Assembly: GCA_031370885.1 (NCBI GenBank)
Contig: JANMRE010000296.1
Span: 1-50,237, forward strand
Direction: 5' to 3'
From: Gemmatimonadaceae bacterium
GTDB taxonomy: Bacteria > Gemmatimonadota > Gemmatimonadetes > Gemmatimonadales > Gemmatimonadaceae
DNA length: 50,237 bases
Shown: piece after piece, positions 39,403-49,738 of the stretch
Layout of the letters: the number at the start of each line of letters is the position of its first letter
How positions within the stretch are numbered: position 1 is the stretch's first letter
The notes under the pieces: generated by a model
Told to the model about the DNA's origin: nothing
The model's database searches: none
The model's input: the letters and a program-made list of their open reading frames with translations, nothing else
Made by a program: the position numbers and the translations under genes

Positions 39403-40034
39403 ACGCCCGTCGGGGTGCGCAGCGGGCCGAACCGATACTCCACACCCAGTTCCGCCATCAGTCCCACCAGCTTGACCAGACCCAGCCCCATGACAGCGAA
39501 ATAGTCGCCGTCAATCCGCTCCACGATGGTCGCGCCAAAACCCTGAATGCCGTACGCGCCGGCCTTGTCCATCGGCTCGCCGGTGGCGACGTACGCGCCA
39601 ATCTGGTCGGCGTCGAGCGCGCGAAAGGTCACGGCTACCGATTCAACGCCGGACACGGTTCGCCCTCGAAACGAAACTGCGACCGCGGTGAGCACGGTGT
39701 GCGTGCGACCGGCCAATCGCGCCAGCATCGCGCGGGCCTCATCGATCGAACGCGGCTTGCCCAGAATATCACCGTCGATCACGACGATGGTATCGGAGCC
39801 AATGACCAACGCATCGGTTTCCGTGGACGCCAATGCAGCAGCTTTCGCCCGGGCCAGACGTTCGCAGTGTGGCGCTGGCAGTTCGCCCGGCAGTACCGTC
39901 TCGTCGACGTCGGCGGGACGCACCTCATGCGGAATACCGATCAGCGTCAAGAGATCGCGTCGACGCGGAGACTGCGACGCGAGGACCACGCGCAGGGGCG
40001 TCGTGGCGGAAAACAAGGGATTCGCAGGTAACAT
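39399..40034 (-). CDS. maf: Maf family nucleotide pyrophosphatase (YhdE type)
   Basis: LASQSPRRRDLL, IGSDTIV, ILGKP, DKAGAYGIQ. Confidence 0.93.
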   Translation of the reverse strand: MLPANPLFSATTPLRVVLASQSPRRRDLLTLIGIPHEVRPADVDETVLPGELPAPHCERLARAKAAALASTETDALVIGSDTIVVIDGDILGKPRSIDEARAMLARLAGRTHTVLTAVAVSFRGRTVSGVESVAVTFRALDADQIGAYVATGEPMDKAGAYGIQGFGATIVERIDGDYFAVMGLGLVKLVGLMAELGVEYRFGPLRTPTGV

Positions 40035-40086
40035 TCCACTAACTTATGGGGGTGCCGACCGTCCCTGCACCTCATTCGCCTGGTTC

Positions 40087-41280
40087 ATGCCTGACAGCCC
40101 ACACTTCGAGACGCTCGCCATTCGCACGCAGGCGCCCATCACGCCCGAGCGCGAGCATTCCGTACCACTCTACCTGACGTCCAGCTTTCGCTTCGACAAC
40201 GCGGAGCATGCGCGCGCCCTGTTCGCCGATGAGGTGAGCGGCAATGTCTACAGCCGCTATGCGAACCCCAATACCGACGAGTTCGTGCGGAAGCTGTGCT
40301 TGATGGAGGGGGGCGCGGACGGGATCGCCACCGCGTCGGGAATGGCAGCCGTGTTTACCGCGCTCGCGTCGCGATTGTCGGCCGGCGATCACGTGCTGTC
40401 GTCGCGCGCCGTGTTCGGTTCTACGCATCAGCTCTTCACACGCGTGCTCCCCCGCTGGGGGGTGCAGAGCGACTACGTCGACGGCACGGATGCGGGCGGG
40501 TGGACTCGGGGGATTCGTGAGAATACGCGAATGCTGTTCGTCGAGACACCCTCCAATCCGGGACTCGAACTGGTCGATCTGCAGTGGCTTGGCGCGCTGG
40601 CCCGCGAACGCGGTCTTGATCTTGTGGTCGATAATTGCTTCGCCACACCGTACCTGCAGCGTCCCCTGCACTACGGCGCAACGGCGGCGATTCATTCCGC
40701 TACCAAATACCTGGACGGGCAAGGTCGCGTGCTGGGCGGCGCCATCGTGGGCGATCAGCGGTTTATCGATGACTGTCGCTTTTTTGCCAGGCACACCGGA
40801 CCGGCCATGAGCGCCTTCAATGCCTGGCTGCTTTCCAAATCGCTTGAAACACTGGCGGTCCGCATGGATCGGCATTGTGCCAATGCGCTGCGTGTTGCCC
40901 AGCACTTCGAAGGACACGCTGCGCTGGAATCGGTGCGGTATCCGTTTCTGCCATCGCATCCTCAGCACCTGCTGGCGCGCCGCCAGATGACGCAGGGCGG
41001 CGGCATCGTTGTGCTCGTCGTGAAGGGTGGGCTGGAGGCGGGTCGTCGATTCCTGGACGGCGTCATCATGTGTTCGCATTCGCCAAATCTCGGCGACACC
41101 CGTACCATCGTCACCCATCCGGCGTCGACCACGCACAGCAAGCTCTCAGGCGTCGAACGGGCCGCTGTCGGCATCACCGACGGACTCGTGCGCGTGAGCG
41201 TGGGACTCGAGCATGTCGACGATATCATCGTGGATCTGGAACGGGCGTTGGTCGCCGCCAGTTCAGCTGGGCGGTCCTGA
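40087..41280 (+). CDS. metZ: O-succinylhomoserine sulfhydrylase (Cys/Met PLP family)
   Basis: YSRYANP, ASGMAA, ETPSNP, VDNCFATP, HSATKYLDGQGRVLGG, HPASTTH. Confidence 0.88.
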   Translation: MPDSPHFETLAIRTQAPITPEREHSVPLYLTSSFRFDNAEHARALFADEVSGNVYSRYANPNTDEFVRKLCLMEGGADGIATASGMAAVFTALASRLSAGDHVLSSRAVFGSTHQLFTRVLPRWGVQSDYVDGTDAGGWTRGIRENTRMLFVETPSNPGLELVDLQWLGALARERGLDLVVDNCFATPYLQRPLHYGATAAIHSATKYLDGQGRVLGGAIVGDQRFIDDCRFFARHTGPAMSAFNAWLLSKSLETLAVRMDRHCANALRVAQHFEGHAALESVRYPFLPSHPQHLLARRQMTQGGGIVVLVVKGGLEAGRRFLDGVIMCSHSPNLGDTRTIVTHPASTTHSKLSGVERAAVGITDGLVRVSVGLEHVDDIIVDLERALVAASSAGRS

Positions 41281-41303
41281 CGGCTTTCTGGGAACGTTCA
41301 CCG

Positions 41304-41801
41304 TCACGCGGCTGGCATCGGAGACCCCGCTCCCACTGGTGCATCGCGCTCCAGCCAAATCGTTACGGGACCGTCGTTTACCAGTTCGACATCCATGAGC
41401 GCGCCAAACTCGCCCGTTTGCACCGTGTGCTGCATGTCTCGGAGCATCGCGATGAACCGCTCGTACAGCTGGTTGGCCATTTCCGGAGGCGCCGCTCCGA
41501 CAAAACTTGGCCGACGGCCCTTTCGTGTATCGCCATACAGTGTAAACTGAGAGACCACGAGCAGCGATCCGCCCTGTTCGCGAATGTCTTTGTTCATTCG
41601 ACCATGGACATCTGGAAACAGGCGCAATGAGGTTATCTTTTCTGCCATCCACCGCGCTTCGGTCATTGTATCGGTCGGGGCGATGCCCACCAGCACCACG
41701 TATCCGTTTGCGATGCGTCCCGCAGTCCGCGGCGCAGCAGCCCGATCTTCCGGGCGGATTCGCACTTCGGCGCGACTTACCCGTTGCAGTAAAATTCGCA
41801 T
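41304..41801 (-). CDS. dtd: D-aminoacyl-tRNA deacylase
   Basis: MRILLQRV, SQFTL, KGRRPSF, NDGPVT. Confidence 0.96.
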   Translation of the reverse strand: MRILLQRVSRAEVRIRPEDRAAAPRTAGRIANGYVVLVGIAPTDTMTEARWMAEKITSLRLFPDVHGRMNKDIREQGGSLLVVSQFTLYGDTRKGRRPSFVGAAPPEMANQLYERFIAMLRDMQHTVQTGEFGALMDVELVNDGPVTIWLERDAPVGAGSPMPAA

Positions 41802-41848
41802 AGACCAACAGTTTCGCACTCTTTCGTTTTCGACGAAAGAGCCGATCA

Positions 41849-43420
41849 ATGCCAATCAACACGACCGTGCATCCACGACTTGCGCTTCATTTCGACTTGG
41901 TGCCTCGCAGCAGTGCCACCAATGCTGACTCCGCGTTTCTCGACGCGTGTATCGCTTGGCTTGGACTGGATTCCAGTCAGCCCCTGAGTTGGGACACGCC
42001 CTCCAATCATACGCTCGATGGTGGGCGCATCTTGCGGTGGGCGCCGTTCCGACACAACGGATCAGCCTTGGCCGACATCGTGGTGCACGCGCCTGATCCA
42101 CTCGACCGCGGACTGCAGTGGTCCACCCACGTGACCTACGTAACGACCACGACGGCCACAGGCAGTGTTCAGCGGCAGCTCAACATCCGCGTGGGAACCG
42201 ACGGTGGTGCCGGCAACGGTGCGCCACCGCCGGTTCGACCGCCCCGGTTGCTCTCGGAACTCGATGCGCCATTCACCTTGGTATCGAGCGACGGTCCCCT
42301 GCAGCGCATTCCTACGCAACTCGAAGCCGGTACGCTGGACGCGTTCGTACGTTTCGTATTGTGCGACCCCGCGCGCACAATGCCGGTGTTGCTGCTCACG
42401 GAGCTGCCTGACGGCGGTTACGTGTTGCCACCCGAGCAGTTTGCAAGTGAGGTGTTCGGGCTTGGCTTGTGCTTCATGTTGCGGCACAGCGATACCTTCG
42501 CGCTGTCCGATGCCGTGGGCGGTCACGCCCGTTCAGTGTTCCTGGGTTCGGCGCGCGCATACCTGCCGGGCTTCGATCTCGAGGCGGATCCGTTCCAGCA
42601 CCCGTTGGTACTGGCACGCGCCTTGGCGCTGCCCGGCGAACGCCGTCGGCTGGTGCAGCGATTGGCCGAGGTGTCGGTGCAGCGGCCGATGTCGGATTCA
42701 GTGATCGTCGAACGCATGCGCGACGAACGCGCCGCCGCCTACGGTAAGCGTCCCGATGCGTCCAACGCGTTGGCCGCCGCCGAATCCGGTTCGGAGCTCG
42801 ATCGCGGCCAACTCGTGATACTGGTGCGCGACTTCGAGGATGCGCTGAAACAGTCCGAAGGCGAATTGATGCGCGTGCGCGAGCGCTTCAATGAGGCTCG
42901 TCAGCACCTCGACGCCGAACGGGCGCGCTCGCGTGCTCTGCGCACCACGTTGGCCGCGCTCAAGGAGCGCCAACCAATCTCCAAACCGGCCAGCGACGCA
43001 CCAGAGTCGGTGTTGGAAGCCGTGGAACGGGCGCAGGCCATGTACGCCGATGCGCTTCGCCTGCTTCCCACCGCATTTGCGTCGGCCCGGGAGTCGGAGT
43101 TTCCCGACCCGGACACGGCGTGGTCGTATCTCAAGACCCTCGGTGAGGTAGGCCGTCGTCGCCAGGATCGCGCCCTCAGTCGCCCCCTCACGGAAGTGTT
43201 CGCAGATCTTGGCGTTGATTACACACCCGGATCCACCGATTCGGCATACAAGACCCCGTACGTGTTTCCCGACGGTTCGTCTGAGATCGAGTGCCCCGAA
43301 CAGTTGCGGCGCGGGAGCAATCCCGACACCGGATTGCGCATCTACTTCACGTCGTCCGATGACGGCGGATTCGTGATCGGCCATGTGGGGCGGCAGATCG
43401 AGATCGCGAAACAGGTTTGA
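41849..43420 (+). CDS. Uncharacterised 523-aa protein: alpha/beta N-region, coiled coil, RelE/ParE-like C-terminal domain
   Basis: Long ORF filling the dtd-prfC gap; charged helical stretch FEDALKQ...LAALKE; C-terminus QLRRG...LRIYF...FVIGHVGRQI. Confidence 0.7.
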   Translation: MPINTTVHPRLALHFDLVPRSSATNADSAFLDACIAWLGLDSSQPLSWDTPSNHTLDGGRILRWAPFRHNGSALADIVVHAPDPLDRGLQWSTHVTYVTTTTATGSVQRQLNIRVGTDGGAGNGAPPPVRPPRLLSELDAPFTLVSSDGPLQRIPTQLEAGTLDAFVRFVLCDPARTMPVLLLTELPDGGYVLPPEQFASEVFGLGLCFMLRHSDTFALSDAVGGHARSVFLGSARAYLPGFDLEADPFQHPLVLARALALPGERRRLVQRLAEVSVQRPMSDSVIVERMRDERAAAYGKRPDASNALAAAESGSELDRGQLVILVRDFEDALKQSEGELMRVRERFNEARQHLDAERARSRALRTTLAALKERQPISKPASDAPESVLEAVERAQAMYADALRLLPTAFASARESEFPDPDTAWSYLKTLGEVGRRRQDRALSRPLTEVFADLGVDYTPGSTDSAYKTPYVFPDGSSEIECPEQLRRGSNPDTGLRIYFTSSDDGGFVIGHVGRQIEIAKQV

Positions 43421-43584
43421 ACTGAGTAGGAAGTCGGAAGTAGGAAGTCGGGAGTACGATGAACTGAGTACTCAGTACTTCAAACGAGTACTCAGTACCT
43501 CAAACAAGTACTCAGTACTTCAGAAGAGTACTGAGTACTCTGTAATGAGTACTCCCGACTTCCGACTGCTGACTTCCTACTCTG
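43421..43584. repeat. Composite palindromic repeat, copy 3
   Basis: Four AGT[AC]GG[AG] heptamers, four 20-bp units (GAGTACTCAGTACTTCAAAC-like at 43466, 43486, 43506, 43526), four inverted heptamers; fills the whole convergent intergenic gap. Confidence 0.92.
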
Positions 43585-45198
<1,614 letters not shown>

Positions 45199-45216
45199 CC
45201 CTGAACAATAATCGAT

Positions 45217-46104
45217 CTACCCCTCAAGTTCTTCGAGCGTCCGCGGAAAATCGCTCTTCAGCAGTCGCGAGAGCGCGCGATCGGCCAGAACTCGCCCTCC
45301 GGTCTGGCAGCCAACGCAGTAGTTGGTTTCGTTGTCAGCGTAGCGAATGCGCTGCACGGGCAAGGCGCACACCGGGCACGGAAGACCGTAGCGACCGTGC
45401 ACCGCCATGGCCTCGTGAAAGGCGGTGACGGTTTCAGGGAATCCCTCGCCGGTGGCGGCGCGTAGTCGATCAGTCCAGGCCGTAAGCGTGACCTGCGTGG
45501 CGGTGCGCAGGATTGCAATCTCGTCATCGGAGAGCTTGCTGGTCAGCCGCATCGGCGACAGTCGGGCCGCGTGCAGCACCTCATCCGAGTACGCGTTGCC
45601 GATGCCGCTGAACAGTCGAGGATCGGTGAGCGAGCGCTTCACGGTGTGATTCTCGCGACGCAGAGCGTCGGCATACTCCACAACCGACGCCCGCATGGGA
45701 TCAATACCGCCGCGATCGAATTGCGCCAAGGCAGACGCTCCCTCGACGATGTGCAGCGAGGCCCGACGTTTGGATCCTGCCTCCGACAGGTACAGTGTGC
45801 CATGCGCAAAGTCGAACGCCGCAACGGCCAGTTTCCCCGGCAACGACTTGCCCGGTGCACGCCAGCGCAACCGTCCCGCAATCATCAGGTGAATCACCAG
45901 AAAGTGATCGCGCTCGAGCGCCAGCACCAGTCGCTTACCGATGGTGCGAGCCCCGAGCACCTGCAAACCCGCCACCGCCGACACGGGCGGCGCTACGGAG
46001 CGCAGGACGAAGGGGTTGAGCACCCGTACACCCTGCAACGCGCGCCCAACGACGTACGCCTCGAGGCGCTCGCGATACACCGTGATGTCGGGCAACTCGG
46101 GCAT
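45217..46104 (-). CDS. Fpg/Nei family DNA glycosylase/AP lyase
   Basis: N-terminal MPELPD, HLMIAG, H2TH SGIGNAYSDE, zinc finger CPVC...CVGCQ. Confidence 0.92.
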   Translation of the reverse strand: MPELPDITVYRERLEAYVVGRALQGVRVLNPFVLRSVAPPVSAVAGLQVLGARTIGKRLVLALERDHFLVIHLMIAGRLRWRAPGKSLPGKLAVAAFDFAHGTLYLSEAGSKRRASLHIVEGASALAQFDRGGIDPMRASVVEYADALRRENHTVKRSLTDPRLFSGIGNAYSDEVLHAARLSPMRLTSKLSDDEIAILRTATQVTLTAWTDRLRAATGEGFPETVTAFHEAMAVHGRYGLPCPVCALPVQRIRYADNETNYCVGCQTGGRVLADRALSRLLKSDFPRTLEELEG

Positions 46105-46130
46105 GGTCGCGGGCGGAAGGTGCAGTTGGT

Positions 46131-46230
46131 TTTAAGACGGGAGACGGAAGAATGAAGACGGGAGACGTCCGATCGGCAAGCGCATTGGTTGCCATCGGGA
46201 CGTCTCCCGTCTCCCGTCTCCCGTCTTAAA
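46131..46230. repeat. Palindromic element with AGACGGG heptamer arms
   Basis: TTTA(AGACGGG-like)x4 AGACGTCCGATCGGCAA - loop - TTGCCATCGGGACGTCT(CCCGTCT)x3 TAAA. Confidence 0.88.
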
Positions 46231-46243
46231 CCCTCGTCACCGC

Positions 46244-48070
46244 CTACTCCACCGTAACCGATTTGGCCAAATTCCTCGGCTGATCGACATTGCATCCACG
46301 TTTCACGGCGATGTAGTACGCCAGCAACTGCAGTGGCACACTGGCCAGAATCGGTGTAAGCAGATCGATCGTTTCCGGAATGCGAAACTCGTAGTCCAGC
46401 TTCCCGGCCAGCGATGGCTCGTCACGGGTGGTGATGGCGATGATCGTGCCCTTCCGGGCTTTCACTTCCTGAATGTTCGATGTGATCTTTTCAAACACCG
46501 AATCGTGGGGCGCAATGCATACCACCGGCATCATTTCATCGATGAGCGCGATGGGTCCATGCTTCATCTCCGCCGCGGGGTACCCCTCGGCATGGATGTA
46601 GCTGATTTCTTTGAGCTTGAGCGCACCCTCAAGCGCCGCCGGGAAGTTGTAGCCGCGACCGAGATAGAGAAAATTCGTTGCCCGCTTGAACTCCTCCGCC
46701 AGCGCTTCCACTTCTTCGGCCCGATCAAGAATTGACTGGATCTGCTCCGGCAGCCTGGCCAGCGCCTGTGCGATTTCCCGACCTCGGGCCACCGACAAAT
46801 TGCGCAAACGGGCCAGCTTGAGCGTAAAGAGCGCCAACGCGACCACCTGACTGCTGAATGCCTTCGTGGACGCGACGCCGATTTCCGGACCGGCATGCAG
46901 ATAGATCCCACCGTCATCTTCCCGCGCGATGGTTGAACCGACCACATTCACGAGGCCCAGGGTGCGCGCACCGCGTCGCTTGGCTTCGCGCATGGCGGCC
47001 AAGGTATCCGCCGTTTCACCCGACTGCGAAATGACGATGCACAACGTGGTTGGCGTCACGATCGGGTTGCGATACCGGAACTCCGATGCGTACTCCACTT
47101 CCACCGGAATACGGCACAACTCCTCGATCATCATTTCGCCGATCAACGCCGAGTGCCAGCTGGTGCCGCACGCCGTAATGATGATGTTGTCGACTTTGAG
47201 CAGGTCCTCCTTCGAGATGTTGAGACCGCCCAGCTTCGAGAAGCCTTCCTCGAGAATGAGGCGCCCCCGCATGGTGTTTTCCACCGTTGTGGGCTGCTCG
47301 AAGATCTCCTTGAGCATGAAGTGCGGGTATCCGCCGCGCTCGATCTGTTCGAGGTCCCAGTCAATCCGCGAAACGGGCTTGTCGAGAAGGACGGAGTCGA
47401 GATCGAGCACTTTGTAACCATCACGCGTGATCACGGCCACGTCGCCGTCGTCGAGATACACCACGTTGCGGGTATACGCGAGAATCGCCGATGCGTCGGA
47501 CGCGATAAAGAACTCGCCGTCGCCCAAACCCACGAGCAACGGACTGCCCTTGCGGGCCGCAACGATCTTGTCCTTCTCCTTGCTGGAGATGACGGCGATG
47601 CCGTAGGTGCCTTCCACCTGGCGCAATGCCTCGATAACGGCCGCCTCAAGGTTGCCGGCGTACGCCGCCTCGATCAGATGGGCAAGCACTTCCGTGTCGG
47701 TATCCGACGTGAAGACAAAGCCCCGCGCCTCGAGACCGGCCTTGAGCACCGTCGCGTTCTCGATGATGCCGTTGTGCACGACGGCGATCGAGCGATCGGT
47801 GCTCACATGCGGATGCGCATTCCCGACCGTTGGTGGGCCGTGCGTGGCCCAACGCGTATGCCCGATGCCGAGCGTGCCAAGCGGCGGACTGGCGTCAATC
47901 ACCGATTCCAGACGCGAGATCTTGCCCGCCGCCTTTCGTGTTTCGACGCCCTTGCCATTCATGACCGCCACGCCGGCCGAATCGTAGCCGCGATATTCGA
48001 GGCGCTTGAGTCCGTCGATCAGAACAGGGGTCGCGATCTTGTCGCCGACATATCCAACGATTCCGCACAT
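46244..48070 (-). CDS. glmS: Glutamine-fructose-6-phosphate transaminase
   Basis: MCGIVGY, LEYRGYDSAG, GHTRWATHG, SQSGETAD, PRNLAKSVTVE. Confidence 0.99.
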   Translation of the reverse strand: MCGIVGYVGDKIATPVLIDGLKRLEYRGYDSAGVAVMNGKGVETRKAAGKISRLESVIDASPPLGTLGIGHTRWATHGPPTVGNAHPHVSTDRSIAVVHNGIIENATVLKAGLEARGFVFTSDTDTEVLAHLIEAAYAGNLEAAVIEALRQVEGTYGIAVISSKEKDKIVAARKGSPLLVGLGDGEFFIASDASAILAYTRNVVYLDDGDVAVITRDGYKVLDLDSVLLDKPVSRIDWDLEQIERGGYPHFMLKEIFEQPTTVENTMRGRLILEEGFSKLGGLNISKEDLLKVDNIIITACGTSWHSALIGEMMIEELCRIPVEVEYASEFRYRNPIVTPTTLCIVISQSGETADTLAAMREAKRRGARTLGLVNVVGSTIAREDDGGIYLHAGPEIGVASTKAFSSQVVALALFTLKLARLRNLSVARGREIAQALARLPEQIQSILDRAEEVEALAEEFKRATNFLYLGRGYNFPAALEGALKLKEISYIHAEGYPAAEMKHGPIALIDEMMPVVCIAPHDSVFEKITSNIQEVKARKGTIIAITTRDEPSLAGKLDYEFRIPETIDLLTPILASVPLQLLAYYIAVKRGCNVDQPRNLAKSVTVE

Positions 48071-48105
48071 GGTAGGGTAGGTCTGGGGGATCTTGCGTAC
48101 GTCGG

Positions 48106-49479
48106 TCAGGCGCCCGTGGCCAGATCGGCCAACGGTTGGCGCGCCTGTGCAATCAGTCGCCGCGCATCCGCCTCGGCGGGTGCTTCGGCGATCACTCGAA
48201 CAATCGGCTCCGTCCCCGACGGACGGAGATGCACCCAGCGATCGGTCCAATCCAGCCGAAGGCCATCCCGCATGTCCGCGGTCGCATCCGGAAACGCCGC
48301 GCGCAGCGCAGCGTACACCGCGTCCAGTGAAACGTTCGGGCGGTCCAACTTATCCTTCACAATGACGTAACGTGGTTTCTCGTCGCGGAGTGCCGAGAGC
48401 GGACGCTCCTCCTCGAGCATGAGTTGCAACAGCAGCGCCGCACCAACCGGCGCATCGCGCCCAAGGTGCATTTCGGGAAGAATCACCCCGCCGTTGCCTT
48501 CCCCACCAATGGTTGCACCCACGTCGCGCATCGTGAGCGCGACATTCACCTCACCCACCTTGGCGAAGTGAAACGGCACGCCAGCCTCAGCCGCCGCATC
48601 GGCAACCACTTTGCTGGTGGAGAGATTCGTCACCACAGGACCTGGCCGATGGCGCAGCACCGTGCGCGCCGCAAATGCCAGCGTGTAGTCTTCACCGGGG
48701 GCGTTCCCGTCATCGAGCACCAACGCGAGTCGATCGACATCAGGATCGGTGGCGAAGCCGACATCGGCGTTCACATTGCGCACCAGCGCCGACAACTCCC
48801 CGAGATTCTCCGCCACCGGTTCGGGCGGACGATGGAATCGGCCATCGGGTTCCATGTTGATCGCGAACACCTCGCAGCCCAGCTCTGTCAGCAACTGCGG
48901 CATGATAACTGCTCCTGCACCGTGACAGCAATCCAGCGCGACCCGAAAGCGGCGTGCACGGATGCCCGCAACGTTGAGGTACGGCAGAGCAAGCAGTTGA
49001 TCAAGATGACGACGGATCGCGCCCGAATCGCTGATGATTTCGCCGAGCCGGTCCCACGTCGCGCGGGGCACACCCGCGTCCATGATGGCCCGCATCGCTG
49101 CCCCTTCGTCCGCCGAAAGGAAGAGCCCCGAAGGCCCGATGAACTTGAGCGCGTTCCACTCGATGGGGTTGTGGCTGGCGGTGATCCCGAGGCCGCCGGC
49201 CGCGTGGTGGTGTTCAACCGCCAGTTGAATGGTGGGCGTCGGCACCATGCCGATGTCAATCACCGTGCATCCCACCGATTCCAGAGCACCGTGAACGATG
49301 CGCGTGAACATGGCACCCGACACGCGACTGTCACGACCGACCACGACCGTTCGCACGCCGTGGCGGGAGGCCCATGCGCCGAAGGCCGCAGCAAAGGTCG
49401 CCACGACTTCCGGTGTCAGACCGGCGCCAACCCTTCCCCGTACGCCAGACACACTCACCATCAGCCCTTCAAACGCCAT
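48106..49479 (-). CDS. glmM: Phosphoglucosamine mutase / phosphohexomutase
   Basis: SGVRG, ITASHNP, DPDVDR, GGEGNGG, RPSGTEP; GAGGAG before the ATG; directly upstream of glmS. Confidence 0.85.
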   Translation of the reverse strand: MAFEGLMVSVSGVRGRVGAGLTPEVVATFAAAFGAWASRHGVRTVVVGRDSRVSGAMFTRIVHGALESVGCTVIDIGMVPTPTIQLAVEHHHAAGGLGITASHNPIEWNALKFIGPSGLFLSADEGAAMRAIMDAGVPRATWDRLGEIISDSGAIRRHLDQLLALPYLNVAGIRARRFRVALDCCHGAGAVIMPQLLTELGCEVFAINMEPDGRFHRPPEPVAENLGELSALVRNVNADVGFATDPDVDRLALVLDDGNAPGEDYTLAFAARTVLRHRPGPVVTNLSTSKVVADAAAEAGVPFHFAKVGEVNVALTMRDVGATIGGEGNGGVILPEMHLGRDAPVGAALLLQLMLEEERPLSALRDEKPRYVIVKDKLDRPNVSLDAVYAALRAAFPDATADMRDGLRLDWTDRWVHLRPSGTEPIVRVIAEAPAEADARRLIAQARQPLADLATGA

Positions 49480-49510
49480 GCCGCTCCTCGTCGATTCAAT
49501 TCCGTGTACC

Positions 49511-49702
49511 GCGTCGCCGCTGCACCCCATCTGTCACGCCACTGGCATCGACCCGTCCATGTTCCCGGTCCGAGATTTCCAATGAATTCTGGAAACTAGA
49601 CCTCGCGGACGGCCCATCCAATGGTCCGTTGTGGGGGGAACGTGACCCATCGGACGGCGGACGGACAGGCTTCCACTGGCAAGGACGATCACACGGCGCT
49701 GC
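49511..49702 (-). ncRNA. Candidate structured RNA of about 190 nt, identity unknown
   Basis: Nested long-range complementarity with several G-U pairs on the minus strand, plus two apical hairpins (folded by eye). Confidence 0.35.
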
Positions 49703-49738
49703 CGTTTCTGAGCTGGCCCGTACTACCACGGACGACAG

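Noticed and set aside
43466-43545. Mini CRISPR array
   Set aside because: Variable parts are only 7 bp and similar to each other, the period is 20 bp, and no cas genes are present.
49519-49556. Cobalamin riboswitch (GCCACTG on the plus strand)
   Set aside because: Other conserved boxes are missing and no plus-strand gene lies downstream.
49484-49700. glmS ribozyme (AGCGCC ... GACGAGG on the minus strand)
   Set aside because: The two motifs are about 200 nt apart, GACGAGGAG is the glmM ribosome-binding site, and the downstream core is missing.
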